A stretch of 64,000 nucleotides of DNA from Octopus vulgaris (Eukaryota): the NCBI GenBank assembly GCA_951406725.2, contig OX597819.1, positions 30,814,001 through 30,878,000 of the forward strand, given 5' to 3'. Positions 15,301-29,561 of this stretch are shown one piece after another. The notes beneath the pieces are model-generated. The model did not search any database and had not been told where the DNA came from. It worked only from the letters and a program-made list of their open reading frames with translations. The position numbers were made by a program, and so were the translations under genes. Numbering within the stretch: the stretch's first letter is position 1; every line of letters begins with the position of its first letter.

Positions 15301-16884
15301 CATTATTAACATTAACAACACTGTTCATTGCATTACTAGATGTTTGGATATCCTTGTACTATCTTTGCGACAATCTTATAAAGTAAAAGCAGGACTATTT
15401 TTTGCTAGAGATATGGAACTGTATGTTTACATAGGCATTCTTGTTTATTGACACACATGTTAATACATTAGCAATAATAAGACATCTACCCAACATTTTA
15501 AGAAAATACCCAGAGGAAGGTTTACATATAAAGAAGATGACAAATTCAGGTCACAATTATTTTAATAAGAAATTCAAAATCATAAGTCAAAGAAAGCAAA
15601 AAATCTCTGCATTCATGCTGACTAAATAATTTTAATGTTACAAAAACCGATAAAAACTCTTAGAATACATACCTTATTCATAGAAATCGTCTTCCGGGTG
15701 AAATTAGATAGCCAGTCTTTACTTAGCTGTAAAAGGGAAAAACGAAAACGTGAATAGCATTATAGAAATTATTAGGGAGAAATATATATGAATTTATTAT
15801 AAGTGTCTTTGTTTATAGTTACCAATATAACCCAGCATGTTAAGTTGCATCCCTGTATGTTTTATTTTTTTATTTGTTTCAGTCATTGGATGGCAGCCAT
15901 ACTGAGGCATTACTTTCAAGAATTTTTAGTTGAATGTATTGACCCTAGTACTTATTTTGTTTTAAAGCCTGATACTTATAATATGAGCCTCTTTTGCTGA
16001 ACTGCTAAGTTATGGGGATGTAAATGCACCAACACCAGTTGTCAAGTAGTAGTGAGAGGGACAAACACAGACAAAAGGACAGGGACACACATACACATAT
16101 ATATGATGGGCATCTTTCAGTTTCTGTGAACCAAATCCACTCACAAGGGTTTAGTCAGATCAAGGCTATAATAGAAGACACTTGCCCAAGGTATCACACA
16201 TTCTGAGTTCCAATTCTGCTGAGATCGACTTTGCTTTTCATCCTTTTGGAGGTCAATAAATTAAGTACTACTTGTGTACTGGAGTCGATCTAATCGACTG
16301 GTCCCTTCCCCCAAAATTTCGAGTCTTGTGCCTCGAGTAGAAAGGTATATTCACTTTCAACTATATTCAATATCAAACATACATGGTATAATGGACTGAA
16401 CCTTGAACCATGTGGCTTACGACACAACTATGAATTTGGTGATTCCCTAAAGAGAAATCAATGAAATAAATGCCTGACTGAAATAAATACTAGAAATCAA
16501 TATGACCAATTAACTCACTTAAAAGCTGTGCCCCAGCATGACTAGAGTTAAATGATAGAAAATAGTAGACAATATAATATTTCATGAACTCAATAAATGT
16601 TTATTAGCTTTGAATGTAGAGAACTGTAAAGTATGTTGCTGTCCTCCAGTGTATTCTGTGAAGTTGTGTACACAAATTTATGAAATGTCAAATGGATACG
16701 ATGGTCATTGTACACAATAGGCATAGGAGTGGCTGTGTGGTAAGTAGCTTGCTTACGAACCACATGGTTCCGGGTTCAGTCCCACTGCATGGCACCTTGG
16801 GCAAGTGTCTTCTACTATAGCCTCGGGCTGACCAAATCCTTGTGAGTGGATTTGGTAGACAGAAACTGAAAGAAGCCTGTCGTA

Positions 16885-16970
<86 letters not shown>

Positions 16971-18987
16971 TGTATATGTTTGTGTGTATGTGTGTGTATA
17001 TGTTTGTGTGTATGTGTGTGTATATGTTTGTGTGTCTGTGTTTGTCCCCCCAACATCGCTTGACAACCGATGCTGGTATGTTTATGTCCCCGTTACTTAG
17101 CGGTTCGGCAAAAGAGGCCGATAGAATAAGTACTGGGCTTACAAAAGAATAAGTCCCGGGGTCGAGTTGCTCGATTAAAGGCGGTGCTCCAGCATGGCCG
17201 CAGTCAAATGACTGAAACAAGTAAAAGAGTAAAAGAGAGAGAGTAAAGAGCAGTATTGTTTCAATATCTACTTTTCCATATTTGTATGGCTCAGGCAAGA
17301 GGATATCGAGGCAGAGGTTTTCTATGGCTGGATGCACTTCTTGTCATCAGCCCCACCACATATCCAAATGAGGCAGAAGTCACACAGACATCATAACAAC
17401 CAGCATCTCTGATATGTTTTATGCAGAAAACTGAACCCAAATACCATTGTTTCAGGGGACTTTTATTTACAAAGATCAGGCAACATGTCAAGAAACCCGG
17501 ATATCACTTTGTAGTAGATTGCAAGCCAATGACACTGGGAGGAAGCCATTGTTTAAAAACCAAATGACACGAGGAAAACATACACACAACAGGCTTCTTC
17601 AGTTTCCATCTGTCAGATCTACTCACAAGGCTTTGATCAATCAGGGCGACGGTAGAAGACACTTGCTCAGGGTGCAACACTGTGAGACTAAACCCCAAAC
17701 TACATGGCTAGGAAGTGAACTTTTCAGTCGCATAGACATGCTTGCATTAGTACTCAAACATGAAATATATTCACTTTCAGTCGTTAGCTGGCAGAAACAT
17801 TACCATTTTGGGTGAAATGCTTAGTGGTATTTCGTCTGTCTTTATATTCTGAGTTCAAATTCTGCTGAGGTCGACTTTGCCTTTCATCCTATTGGGGTTG
17901 ATGAATTAAATACTACTTGCGTACTGGGGTCGATCTAATCGACTGGTCCCTTCCCCCAAAATTTCATAGACCCAAATCCTGAAATGTTGAGCGGGTGGAA
18001 AATAGCTGATTACATTGACATCAATACATGACTGGTACTTTATTTTATCCACCTTTGAGAAAGATGTCAGAAGAAAGATGACCTGAGCAGGACTGTCAAA
18101 TATTAGCATGTGTAAGCCATGCCAAATATTAACACAGACATATGTTATGCTAAATATTAACATATATATATATGTGTGTGTGTGTGGATATATATATAGT
18201 TGAAATTTACAGAAAAACAAGACAAAGACAGGTGTATTAGTTTGATGCTTGGGAAGGTGAGAAAGTCTTTTACATTTCAAGCCTATGCTCTTCAACAGAA
18301 AGAAACACGAGGAAATAAGCAGAGAGAGAATAAAAAAACTTGTGGATTTAGCAGTCAATCATGGCAACTGGTTGGGAAAAGGTCATTGGACAGGAGAGCT
18401 AGGAAGAAGGGGAGATAATAAAGTACTGTTGATCATAAAAAGGTGTGCGGTGGGTGTATGTAAGAGTGTGTAAGTGTGTGTGTGTGTGTGTGGATAGGGG
18501 CTAGTGACTGACATGTGTATGTGTGCATGTGTAAGTGTGTGTGTCTATAATGTGTGGGTGTGCGGATGATGGTGTGAGATGTGGGTGGTGGAAAGTGGTC
18601 AGTGCTAGTGTTCGTGGAGTGGTGTGGTGATGTGACAGTGTGGGGGTGGGGTGTAGCTGGAGGGGGTATCAATGAAGGGAGGTGGGTGGGAGTGAAGAGA
18701 GAAAGTAGGTGTCAAGGCAAGAGAGGAGAGGTGGGTAGGAGGGAAGTGAGGAAGTAGGTGTCAGATGAAGAGAGGAGAAGTGGTAAGTCATATGAAGAGG
18801 AGAGAGGAGTTGAGCCCATGTGGTACAAAGGAGTGAAGATCAATTCTTGTACATGGTGAAGGTGAGAGTCCGGATGGCCCCTGTGCAAAGACAATATGAA
18901 CACAAACAGGTGTTGTAATGAATGACCAGTAGAGAGGAAATGGCACGAGACCAGGGTTTCATTGCTGAGTCTAATGTGTATTGTGTG

Positions 18988-19039
<52 letters not shown>

Positions 19040-19637
19040 TATGCAATAACATAATATATAAACACATATATGCATATATACATACATATATGTACATACC
19101 TACATCTATATGTATATATACATGCATATATGTACATACCTACATCTATATGTATATATACATGCATATATAGGTACAGGACATCAAAAAAACGTTGAAC
19201 ACAATGAGAAATGAAAACATAAAAACAAAACCAAGGAAATGGACATTTTTTTCAAACAACGAAAAAACAGAGTACAACTCAAGGAATATTCACCTTCTTC
19301 AGTTGTCCCTGTTTTGGATGTTCCGCGTTTCGAAGGTACGCGGAGTAGCCAAAACAGGTACAACTGAAGAAGGTGAATATTCCTTGTGTTGTATGTTTTG
19401 TACTCTGTTTTTTCGTTGTTTGAAAAAAGTGTCCATTTCCTTGGTTTTGTTTTTATGTTTTCATTTCTCATTGTGTTCAACGTTTTTTTGATGTCCTGTA
19501 CCCATATATGCATGTATATATACATATAGATGTAGGTATGTACATATATGTATGTATATATGCATATGCTTATATATTATTTTGTTATTATGTGACCGGT
19601 CGTCATGCATCCACTTCCAAGTGAGTTTTATCTATCT

Positions 19638-19721
<84 letters not shown>

Positions 19722-22700
19722 AACACACATACATTTACAGTTAGTGGTCTGTCTAACCCATGTAGGTTTAGAAAAGTGGATGTGAAACAGTGATGATGAT
19801 GATAATGGATTTTATCATAGATAACTTTGTGAAGTTTCATCCCAATATTTTTGTAAAATTCCATTGCTTACTGCAAGAGCACTTTTTCCAAGAAGAATGT
19901 CACCGTTGTCTATGTTCCTCTTGAAACAAAGGATCCGCAATGTTTGAGAATAGTCAAGTTCCAATTCAAATTCTTCATTCCAAACTGGATTAGTTGATTC
20001 TTTGACGGCAGACCGAGCTTTGGTGAAGAACTGCCCACAAGAGTCGAGCTCCAGACAGCAATATGTACCTAGATAAAAAGGGAAGAACATATTTGAATCA
20101 CAACGATCAGTTTAGCTAAAGCACGCCATACATACATATGCATGTGTGTATACACACACACACACACAAGCAAACATCAAAATGGAAAACATTGAATTGT
20201 AAAGATTTATATCCAAGATTATTTTGCAAGAATCAATGTGAAATCAACAAGTTATAGAAGAAGAAGAAGAAGAAGAAGAAGAAGAAGAAGAAGAAGAAGA
20301 AGAAGAAGAAGAAGAAGAAGAAGAAGAAGAAGAAGAAGAAGAAGAAGAAGAAGAAGAAGAAGAAGAAGAAGAAGAAGAAGAAGAAGAAGAAGAAGAAGAA
20401 GAAGAAGAAGAAGAAGAAGAAGAAGAAGAAGAAGAAGAAGAAGAAGAAGAAGAAGAAGAAGAAGAAGAACTATTTAGTTTCTGAAGAAAGATAATACTAG
20501 AGAAATCTTACAAATGCAATTATGAGAAAACTTTTGATTCATTCCTTCATTCATAGTTACCAAAATCATAACATTTTTCAAGATTTTCCAAACCACAAGT
20601 AGATGTTATTTAATGATTCACATATTCCAAACAAACCATTCCCACATTCTAAACATGTAAAACAATAATTATCTCTAATATAAGGTCTTTTGAAGAATAT
20701 TCCAAGGAATTGTTTACTCTGTATTAGTGATTCTGTTATTACCTTAAAGAATTTGCTTAGAATTTATTTAAACCCAAAATCTGTAACCTCATTTATATTG
20801 CATAGTATTGCAATGCCTATATAATAATTCAGGCAGAAGCCAATTAATTTGACACAAGCCAACTGGAATTTTTCTTAAATCTAAAATTTTGTACAAAATC
20901 AAGACCTATTCTATAGACATGGCCAATGATAGAGTAAAGAATACCAGATTAGATCAAGTCCAACAACAATTTGGAAAAACAGAGAAATAGATCTCCATAT
21001 TCATTATTCAGTTTTTGTATTCTAGCAGTTATACTACTTCAGTACAAGGTATGCTCATATTTTTATGTTGATATAACTGAAATACTGCTACAATTTGGCA
21101 CATCACTCCACCTAACATTGGAGATATATCAGCATTAGCTGAGCCTGAAAGGGCTGGTCTTCATCCAAGAGAAAGGTTGGTGAGAGTGGAAAGTGAAATT
21201 TGAAGAGAGAACACAAAGAATCAGAACAGATAATACATGGTGGTACCTCATTCAATGCTCTAACAACTTCACTAAGCCACTATCATGGATTGATACATTA
21301 TTTATTGATCCCTAAAAGATGAAAGACAAATTTGACCCTGGCGGGATTTTAACATTGAGTGCAGACAGTCAAAAACACATTCCATTCAATACTCTTAAAA
21401 ATTAGCCAATTTGCTACTTTAATCTCCTTTTAATAGATGGCTGTAGTTTAGTTCATATGAAATAACAAAACAATATTCAAATCATTGATTAGTGAGTAAA
21501 ATTACTTGGGGGAAGGTTTAAAAACAACATCCTCTAATATTCATTGAAATTAAAGTTGTCAAATAACTGTCACAACAAGTAGGTAACCAGAGTGTGAGAA
21601 AACAAGTGGAAAACTGTGTCGACAAACATTTTACAATGAAGATGTTAAATTTGGATAAGTTGTATGTCTTAGCAAGTACTTGCATAATCTTGTAATATTT
21701 CAGCTGCAAGTATTTCTTCATCAATAGAGATGAATGAATTTACAGAAGAGAAAATTTGAAACCATTTCTTACCACAAACTTCATCAAGGCCAGTCAGTTC
21801 ATGAAGAGTCACAGACAAGGATCCTCCAAACAGATGTTCCTCTACTTTAAAAATACAAAAAATAACATATTAAGTGGCCATATTAGGATAATGACAGCAA
21901 GGTACTAAGTACTTAATATTAAATCATATAAAATTAAGTTAATGAAATAGCAAGGAGACATTCCATTCCTTGTACACAATATTCCAATTATAGAATATAT
22001 TCCTCTGTCTAATAAATTTGATGTTAAAAATATTAAACATATTATTGATTATTAAAATAAAAGAAATAGGGGAGCAGGCACATAAATGTTAACATTTATG
22101 TACCTACTCCCCCAATTTTTTCTTTCTTTCTCTCTTCTTTCTTTTTTTTTTTTTTTTTTTGAAGTGTGAAACTAATAACATCTTTGTGAAAGGTTGTCCC
22201 ACAATTTACTATTAAATATTTACTATCAAATCTTAAATATTATTTGACAATGAAACTGGATAAATTCATCAAGGGGATTGTTTGTTTACCTTTCTGTGAA
22301 AATACTGTGTTGATTATGCTTGGTAACTGAAAAAAATGGAAGAAAAACAAAAATTAAAAATGAATTTAAAATCATTAGAAATATCAGACAACGATTTGAA
22401 ATCATTAACAAAAATAAGATAAAGACTCAAAAATCAATCTCTAAAAATTAATTAACATGCTTTCATCTTTTTTCTTTTACTTGTTTCAATTAGACTGTGG
22501 CCATGCTGGGGCACCACCTTGAAGAATTTTTAGTTGAATGAATTGACCCCAGTATTTGTTTTTTTAAAGCCTGGTGCTTATTCTATTGGTTGCTTTTGCT
22601 GAACCACTAAGTTACAGGATCATAAACACACCAACATCAGTTGTCAAATGGTGATGGTGGTGGACAAATATAGACACAAAGACACATAAATATATATAAC

Positions 22701-24971
22701 AGGATCCTTTCAGTTCCCATCTACCAAATGCACCCACAAGGCTTTGTCAGCCCAAAGCTATTGTAGAAGACACTTCCCCCATCAGGTTGTTGGGAAGCAA
22801 ACTTCTTATCACACAAACAAAAAGAAAACTTTCTAAGCTTTGTGGACTTTTGCATGAAAAGATAAAACTTCATAAACTTGGAGTCTTGTAATTTTAGGAA
22901 AATCTTTGAAATATTTCCACATTTATTCATTGGATGCGTTGTACTGACAGAAATGGATTTCAGCCTCAATCTGAGTTAGGCTTTCATGATTGAAATGCTT
23001 ATGGCTATATTAATTACAAATGGTTGGTACATGGTATCAAAAGAATTTAGATAGAGATGAGTTGAACCCTAATGACTTGACTTGACAGCATTCACCTGGG
23101 GTGGGTTGAGCTGGCTTCATTCATCCTCAATGCTGCATCGCTCACAAACACCGACCAGGTCTGGCGATTTGAGGCTAACAACTACGTGATCTCCAACCAC
23201 TCCTTATTCCAGCGGCAAAAGCTGTAGATATGGGGGCCTAGGTTGGGTTCCAGATCAGCCTTGACTGTCATCAGCCAGGTTTTTCGCTGTCCACCACATT
23301 GCTTTCGCCAACCCTGAAGGGGAGCTGGGGCAATTGCTTCGTAGAACCCTAATGTAGCAAGATAAAGATTTTCACCAAAAGGTATCTAGAATTTAAAATT
23401 CAGAATTTAAATCAGTATTAAGGATCAGTTTGTTGTGAAACTAATTTAAAAATTTAATTCACATGATTTAAATTATTTTATTCTTTTATTTGTTTCAGAC
23501 ACTTGACTGTTGCTATGATGGGATAGAATAAAGTTGACAGAATCAATCCAACTTCCAGTATTTCACCAGCACCTATTCTATTAACCTTCAAAAGCATGAA
23601 GGAGAAAGTTGACCTGGGTAGGAGTTGTACTCAGAATGTCAAAGGATTAACTAAATACCACAATGTATTTTGTTAGGTGATCTAATTCTATACTCCACTG
23701 TCTATGTAAATGAAATAAAACAAAAAAAATATTCAGTTGGTATATTAAAATGATTGAGTAAATAAAGTAATGTTGGACTTATAGATCAGTTTCTTCAAAA
23801 ATGAATTTCCTACACAGATTTTGTTATGGCTCTGGGTAGTACATTTAATTCCACATGCCTCAGTCCAATAAGACAGTGATAAGAAGCTGAATGACAACGA
23901 CACAGATAGGGATATCGTTGGTAAGAGCAATGATAATTGGAACATTTTTGGTATTGCTTTTGTTGTTTAGCCACAAGTCATGACTAACTGTATAAACCTA
24001 CGACTAAAAAGTATTCTAGTTATGACTGTTCCTACCTTCTCTCAGCCACTGCATATATAAATTACATTATCCAGTGAATGCCCCCTTCTTATTTCAAGAT
24101 GGTAATATGTAAGATGAGATAAATATAGTTGTTATTACTAACAGGTCAAGTTACCATATAGCAGCTCTCTTTAATGTTCAGATTAATCAACAAGTATGTA
24201 AAGAAGGAGTACCTGATATTGTAGAATAATAGCAGAACAAAGAGAAACCTACCTTTTTACAATTTGTTACTATTTGCTGGATATCAGATGTTGTGTAGTT
24301 ACAGTCTTGAAAAGCTAAATGAAGAAAGAAATACAGTATATTATATATATCATCATTATTCTTTAATGTCCATTTTCCATGATGGCATGGATTGGACAGT
24401 TTGACCAGAGCTGGTAAGCAGGAGAGCTGCACCAGGATCCAGTCTGATTTCGTTTGGTTTTTATGGCTGAATGAGCTCCCTTAACACCAGTCACTTTACA
24501 GAATATGCTGGGTGCTTTTTATGTGGCACATAAGCTTGGTGCAGCTTGGTCCAGATGGCTGCAGCAAGCTCCAGTCTTGATCTGGCAGAGTTTCTACAGC
24601 TGGATGCCCTTCCTAACACCAACCTCTCCAAGAGCGTAAAAGCACCCACTACACTCTCGGAGTGGTTGGCGTTAGGAAGGGCATCCAGCTGTAGAAACTC
24701 TGCCAGATCAAGACTGGAGCTTGGTGCAGCCATCTGGTTTGCCAGCCCACAGTCAAACCGTCCAACCCATGCTAGCATGGAAAGCGAACGTTAAACGACG
24801 ATGATGATGATGATGATGATATACATATGCACACACACATATGTGACTGAGTGGACAAGTAAAAGAAAGCGGCACTCAAAACATTTTGTAGGAGTTTCAT
24901 ATAGTACAGTTTGATTCAGCTCCAAACAACTTAAAATACTGCATATTGTATAGGTCTGAATCCATATGTTT

Positions 24972-25061
<90 letters not shown>

Positions 25062-28000
25062 ACTAATGTTATCTTTCTTTACATGGCACGGATCATATGA
25101 AAATACAATGATATTTATAAGAGTGGTCCATACACACACGTTCAGTTATATAAACAGAAGACACAATACATACATTAGGAATATAACTGTAGTCATAATT
25201 ATGATTGCAGGAAACTCATTTAGAAGCAAGGAAGTTCTTTTATCTGTACCCCGGCCTTTGTATGTTTTATGCACCTGCTTCAACATATCGCTAATGGTTT
25301 TTTACAATAAAAGTTGTTGCTTGGCCCAGAGCAGCCCTATCCAGTAGACCGATAATCAGAAGCATTTCAGCCTTGCTTATCCTGTCTTATGTCTAGACAT
25401 AATATATCCAGACTACATTATCCAATATACTTGCTTTTTTTTTAAGATGATATGATATGATTTAAGAGAGATTTGGCAGCCATTTTTAACAGCTTATGTG
25501 ACCATGTAGTGTCTACCTCTTTTCTGTACAGTCAAACAAAATAGAATGGCATACTTATTATGAATGTGTTAAATAGTTTTAGAGTTTAGAGATTTAAAAT
25601 ATTTTAAAAGAGTACAAAAATGAAATAACAGATGGGTCAGAACTTACATTTATCTTTTAAAGAAATGATGGCTTCTTTCCATTCTTCACGGGAATAATTT
25701 GTAGACATCAATAAGGTATATACTTTTTTGCCATCTTTCAATTTAAACTCCAAGCTACCAGAAAGTCGTGCTATTTCTCGTTGCTAGATAATGAAAAATT
25801 GAAAATAAAACCATAATTATTAAAAAGCAATTTATTAATGAGCAGTGGTTTTAAATATGATATAGACACAGTAAATGTCGAGTGGGCACCATATAGGGTC
25901 AAGTGGGGAGGGATTGAGCACTTTGAGGAGTCGTAATTTTTATAAGAATAAATCAGTGAAACCAGGTATATACATTGTTCTAGGTTCAATCCCATTGCAT
26001 GACACCTCTACATAACAGCCCACTAACTATTCTACTCTACCTGTGTAAACTGTGGGTATGGGAGTATGATATCTACTATGTATATTTCCTATTTAGTATT
26101 GGGGAAGTTTCATTTATGAGGACATACTCCTGTATTTATCTGAGTGTTGGGTCCTTTGGGTGCTTGGATAAGATGCAGAGGTCAAGTTGACCCATGTTGC
26201 CTAAAGACATTATAAATTGTTCCAAATCATGCTGAAATTTGTCCTGATCAAAAGGTCTTTCTGTCAGGGAAGATATAATCTGACAAGAAATAAAGAAAAA
26301 ATGAAATAAAGGTATTCTATTATGAAAATTGCCTGGCAACAATAGGCTATTCAGTGTGTGTGTATGAGTGTGTGTATGTGTGTGTTGTGTTTGTCACCCA
26401 CCACCACCACCTAACAACTAGTGTTGGCTTGTTTATATTCCCATAACTTAGCAGTTCAGCAAAAGGGACCAATAGAATAAGTACCAGACTTAAAAAGTAA
26501 GTCCTGGGATTGATTTGATTGACTAAACCCTTCAAGGCAATACCCCAGCATGGCTACAGCCTAATGACTGAAACCAGTAAAAGATAAATAATAATAAATC
26601 AATTACTTGACTACACAAAAACCTTTGTGTTAACAACAGCTGCTACCATCAACACCTCCATTCAAAATGTCAATCTAAAAGCATAACATTGCTACACCTG
26701 GGAATTATATTAAACACTTTAATCACTACATACATTCTTGTCTACTCAAGTATATCTAGGCTCACTTACAAAAATCCTATTTATGTCTATACATACTGAT
26801 CTATATATATATATATTCAAAATGTGACCATGTGTGTACCGTTGGCAATTTTTTTCCTCTGTCTTCCCTTCTTTGGATTTTTCCTTTTCCTATGTCTCTG
26901 ACGAAGAGCTCCGCTCGAAACATTAAACCCTCCCTCTTTCCTTCCTTCCTGAGCGTCCAATAATACTATATTTGTTCTATATAGTATTATTGGACGCTCA
27001 GGAAGGAAGGAAAGAGGAGGGTTTAATGTTTCGAGCGGAGCTCTTCGTCAGAAACATAGGAAAAGGAAAAATCCAAAGAAGGGAAGACAGAGGAAAAAAA
27101 TTGCCAACGGTACACACACGGTCACATTTTGATATATATATATATATATATATAGATCAGTATGTATAGACATAAATAGGATTTTTGTAAGTGAGCCTAG
27201 ATATACTTGAGTAGACAAGAATGTATGTAGTGATTAAAGTGTTTAATATAATTCCCAGGTGTAGCAATGTTATGCTTTTAGATTGACATTTTGAATGGAG
27301 GTGTTGATGGTAGCAGCTGTTGTTAACACAAAGGTTTTTGTGTAGTCAAGTAATTGATTTATTATTATTTATCTTTTACTGGTTTCAGTCATTAGGCTGT
27401 AGCCATGCTGGGGTATTGCCTTGAAGGGTTTAGTCAATCAAATCAATCCCAGGACTTACTTTTTAAGTCTGGTACTTATTCTATTGGTCCCTTTTGCTGA
27501 ACTGCTAAGTTATGGGAATATAAACAAGCCAACACTAGTTGTTAGGCGGCGAGATGGCAAAGGCGGCGAGATGGCAAAGGCGGCGAGATGGCAGAAACGT
27601 TAGCGCGCCGGGCGAAATGCTAAGCGGTATTTCACCTGTCGTTACGTTGTGAGTTCAAATTCCGCCGAGGTCGACTTTGCCTTTCATCCTTTCGGGGTCG
27701 ATAAATAAAGTACCAATTTCGCACTGGGGTCGATGTAATCGACTTAATCCATTTGTCTGTCCTTGTTTGTCCCCTCTATGTTTAGCCCCTTGTGGGTAGT
27801 AAAGAAATATATATATATATATATATATATATATCTTTCCTGTCATTCTAAGAACTGCAGCCTTGGTTAGACACACTAAGGTGATCTAATCAGTCCATAG
27901 TTGTCCCCATACTTTTGAAGATCAGATACACTTTCCCCCTGACTTTATTCCATTTTTGATCAATTTCAATTCACTGTTTTGTTTGTTTTGTTTTTTTTTT

Positions 28001-28942
28001 CTCAACTGGAATTAGTTAATTAAACTTTAATTATTCTAATCATTAATTTTTTATATATATTTAAGTAAAATTTAACTTACAACAACTACAACTTAACAGA
28101 AACAACTCAACAACTCACTCTGAAACATTCACATCAGAAAAAACTTGATATATTAAACACATAAGCAACAATGAGTTCTGGCTAAAATAAGAACCTAACT
28201 ATATTTAGACTACAGAAATGACAAAAGTATAAGCTAACAATTATACTTTAAAGTATTTGGTTCAGAAAAAACCATTATTACTTTTTGACAGTTGACACAT
28301 CACACTTAGTTTTGTAACTTAACCCTTTTGGGATTGATTACTAAACCAGCTGAAAATAAGACAACATAAGAGAGTCAATGAGAAAATATTGAAAAAGAAT
28401 ACAGCAGATTTGTAAAGGAATACTCCAAGCATGTCAGACAGTATACAATCATTTGATAGGATGGCATTTTTTTCTTCTTCTTCCTTAGAGAACCAGTCAT
28501 GCTTGCTTAGGGTTTTATTTCATTATTTTCATTGGCAGTCATCAAATGTTCCCAGTCAGTTTTATAATGTTTTAAAGTAAAATAATGAAGTATCTTAGAA
28601 GCAAGATATCATTCTCTCCTATGATATCATGGTTTTCTCTTACACACTGTCTTGCAATCTGAAATACTTCAGTTCCTTGGTCCTCACATCATTGAACATT
28701 AGCAAACTTCTTTTCTGCTACTCACTTGGCTATATATACCTGACTCCTAGCTTATCTTTTGGCTATCTGATACATTCTCCTGCTACCCCAATTCTTCCAG
28801 GCCTTCCAAGCTTGTTTCTTTGCTCTAATAGCCCTGCCTACAGTATTGTTCCACCACCATATTACCCTAGGTCTAGAAGGGACTTTGCACCAGCCACAGA
28901 TTTGGTCTGTGGTACTTAGCAAGTTATCTTGCAGGAATTCTC

Positions 28943-28981
<39 letters not shown>

Positions 28982-29397
28982 CATATATATATATATATAT
29001 ATATATTGGAAATTGCAGCTGTGATACCAGTGCCGGTGGCACGTAAGCGAACCATCTAATCGTGGCCGTTGCCAGCGCCACCCTGATTGGCCTCCGTGCT
29101 GGTGACACGTAAAAAGCACCATACGATTGTGGCCATTGCCAGCCTCACCTGGCCCCCCGTGCCAGTAGCACGTAAAAAGCACCATCCGACCGTGGCCGTT
29201 TGCCAGCCCTATCTGGCACATAAAAAGCACCCACTACACTCACAGAGTGGTTGGTGTTAGGAAGTGCATCCAGCCGTAGAAACATTGCCAGATCAGACTG
29301 GGCTTGGTGCAGCCTTCTGGCTTCCCAGACCCCAGTTGAACCGTCCAACCCATGCTAGCATGGAAAGCAGATGCTAAATGATGATGATGATGATGAT

Positions 29398-29433
<36 letters not shown>

Positions 29434-29526
29434 TAATCCAAACGGGAAAACAGAAAAAACAACAACACGTGGAACAATTACAGTATTATTATTATTAGGC
29501 GCTCAGGAAAATGGAAGAAATATCAT

Positions 29527-29561
<35 letters not shown>

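Larger units (their letters stand above)
26410..27546. repeat. Near-perfect 1.14-kb palindrome (arms about 565 bp, 7-nt loop at 26972-26978)
   Basis: Arms are reverse complements by direct reading; the same spurious ORF appears on both strands (26347-26535 and 27421-27603). Confidence 0.95.

Noticed and set aside
16753-17337. 194-aa ORF
   Set aside because: Antisense reading of SINE family A plus its microsatellite.
20238-20477. Poly-Arg ORF
   Set aside because: Translation of the (GAA)n microsatellite.
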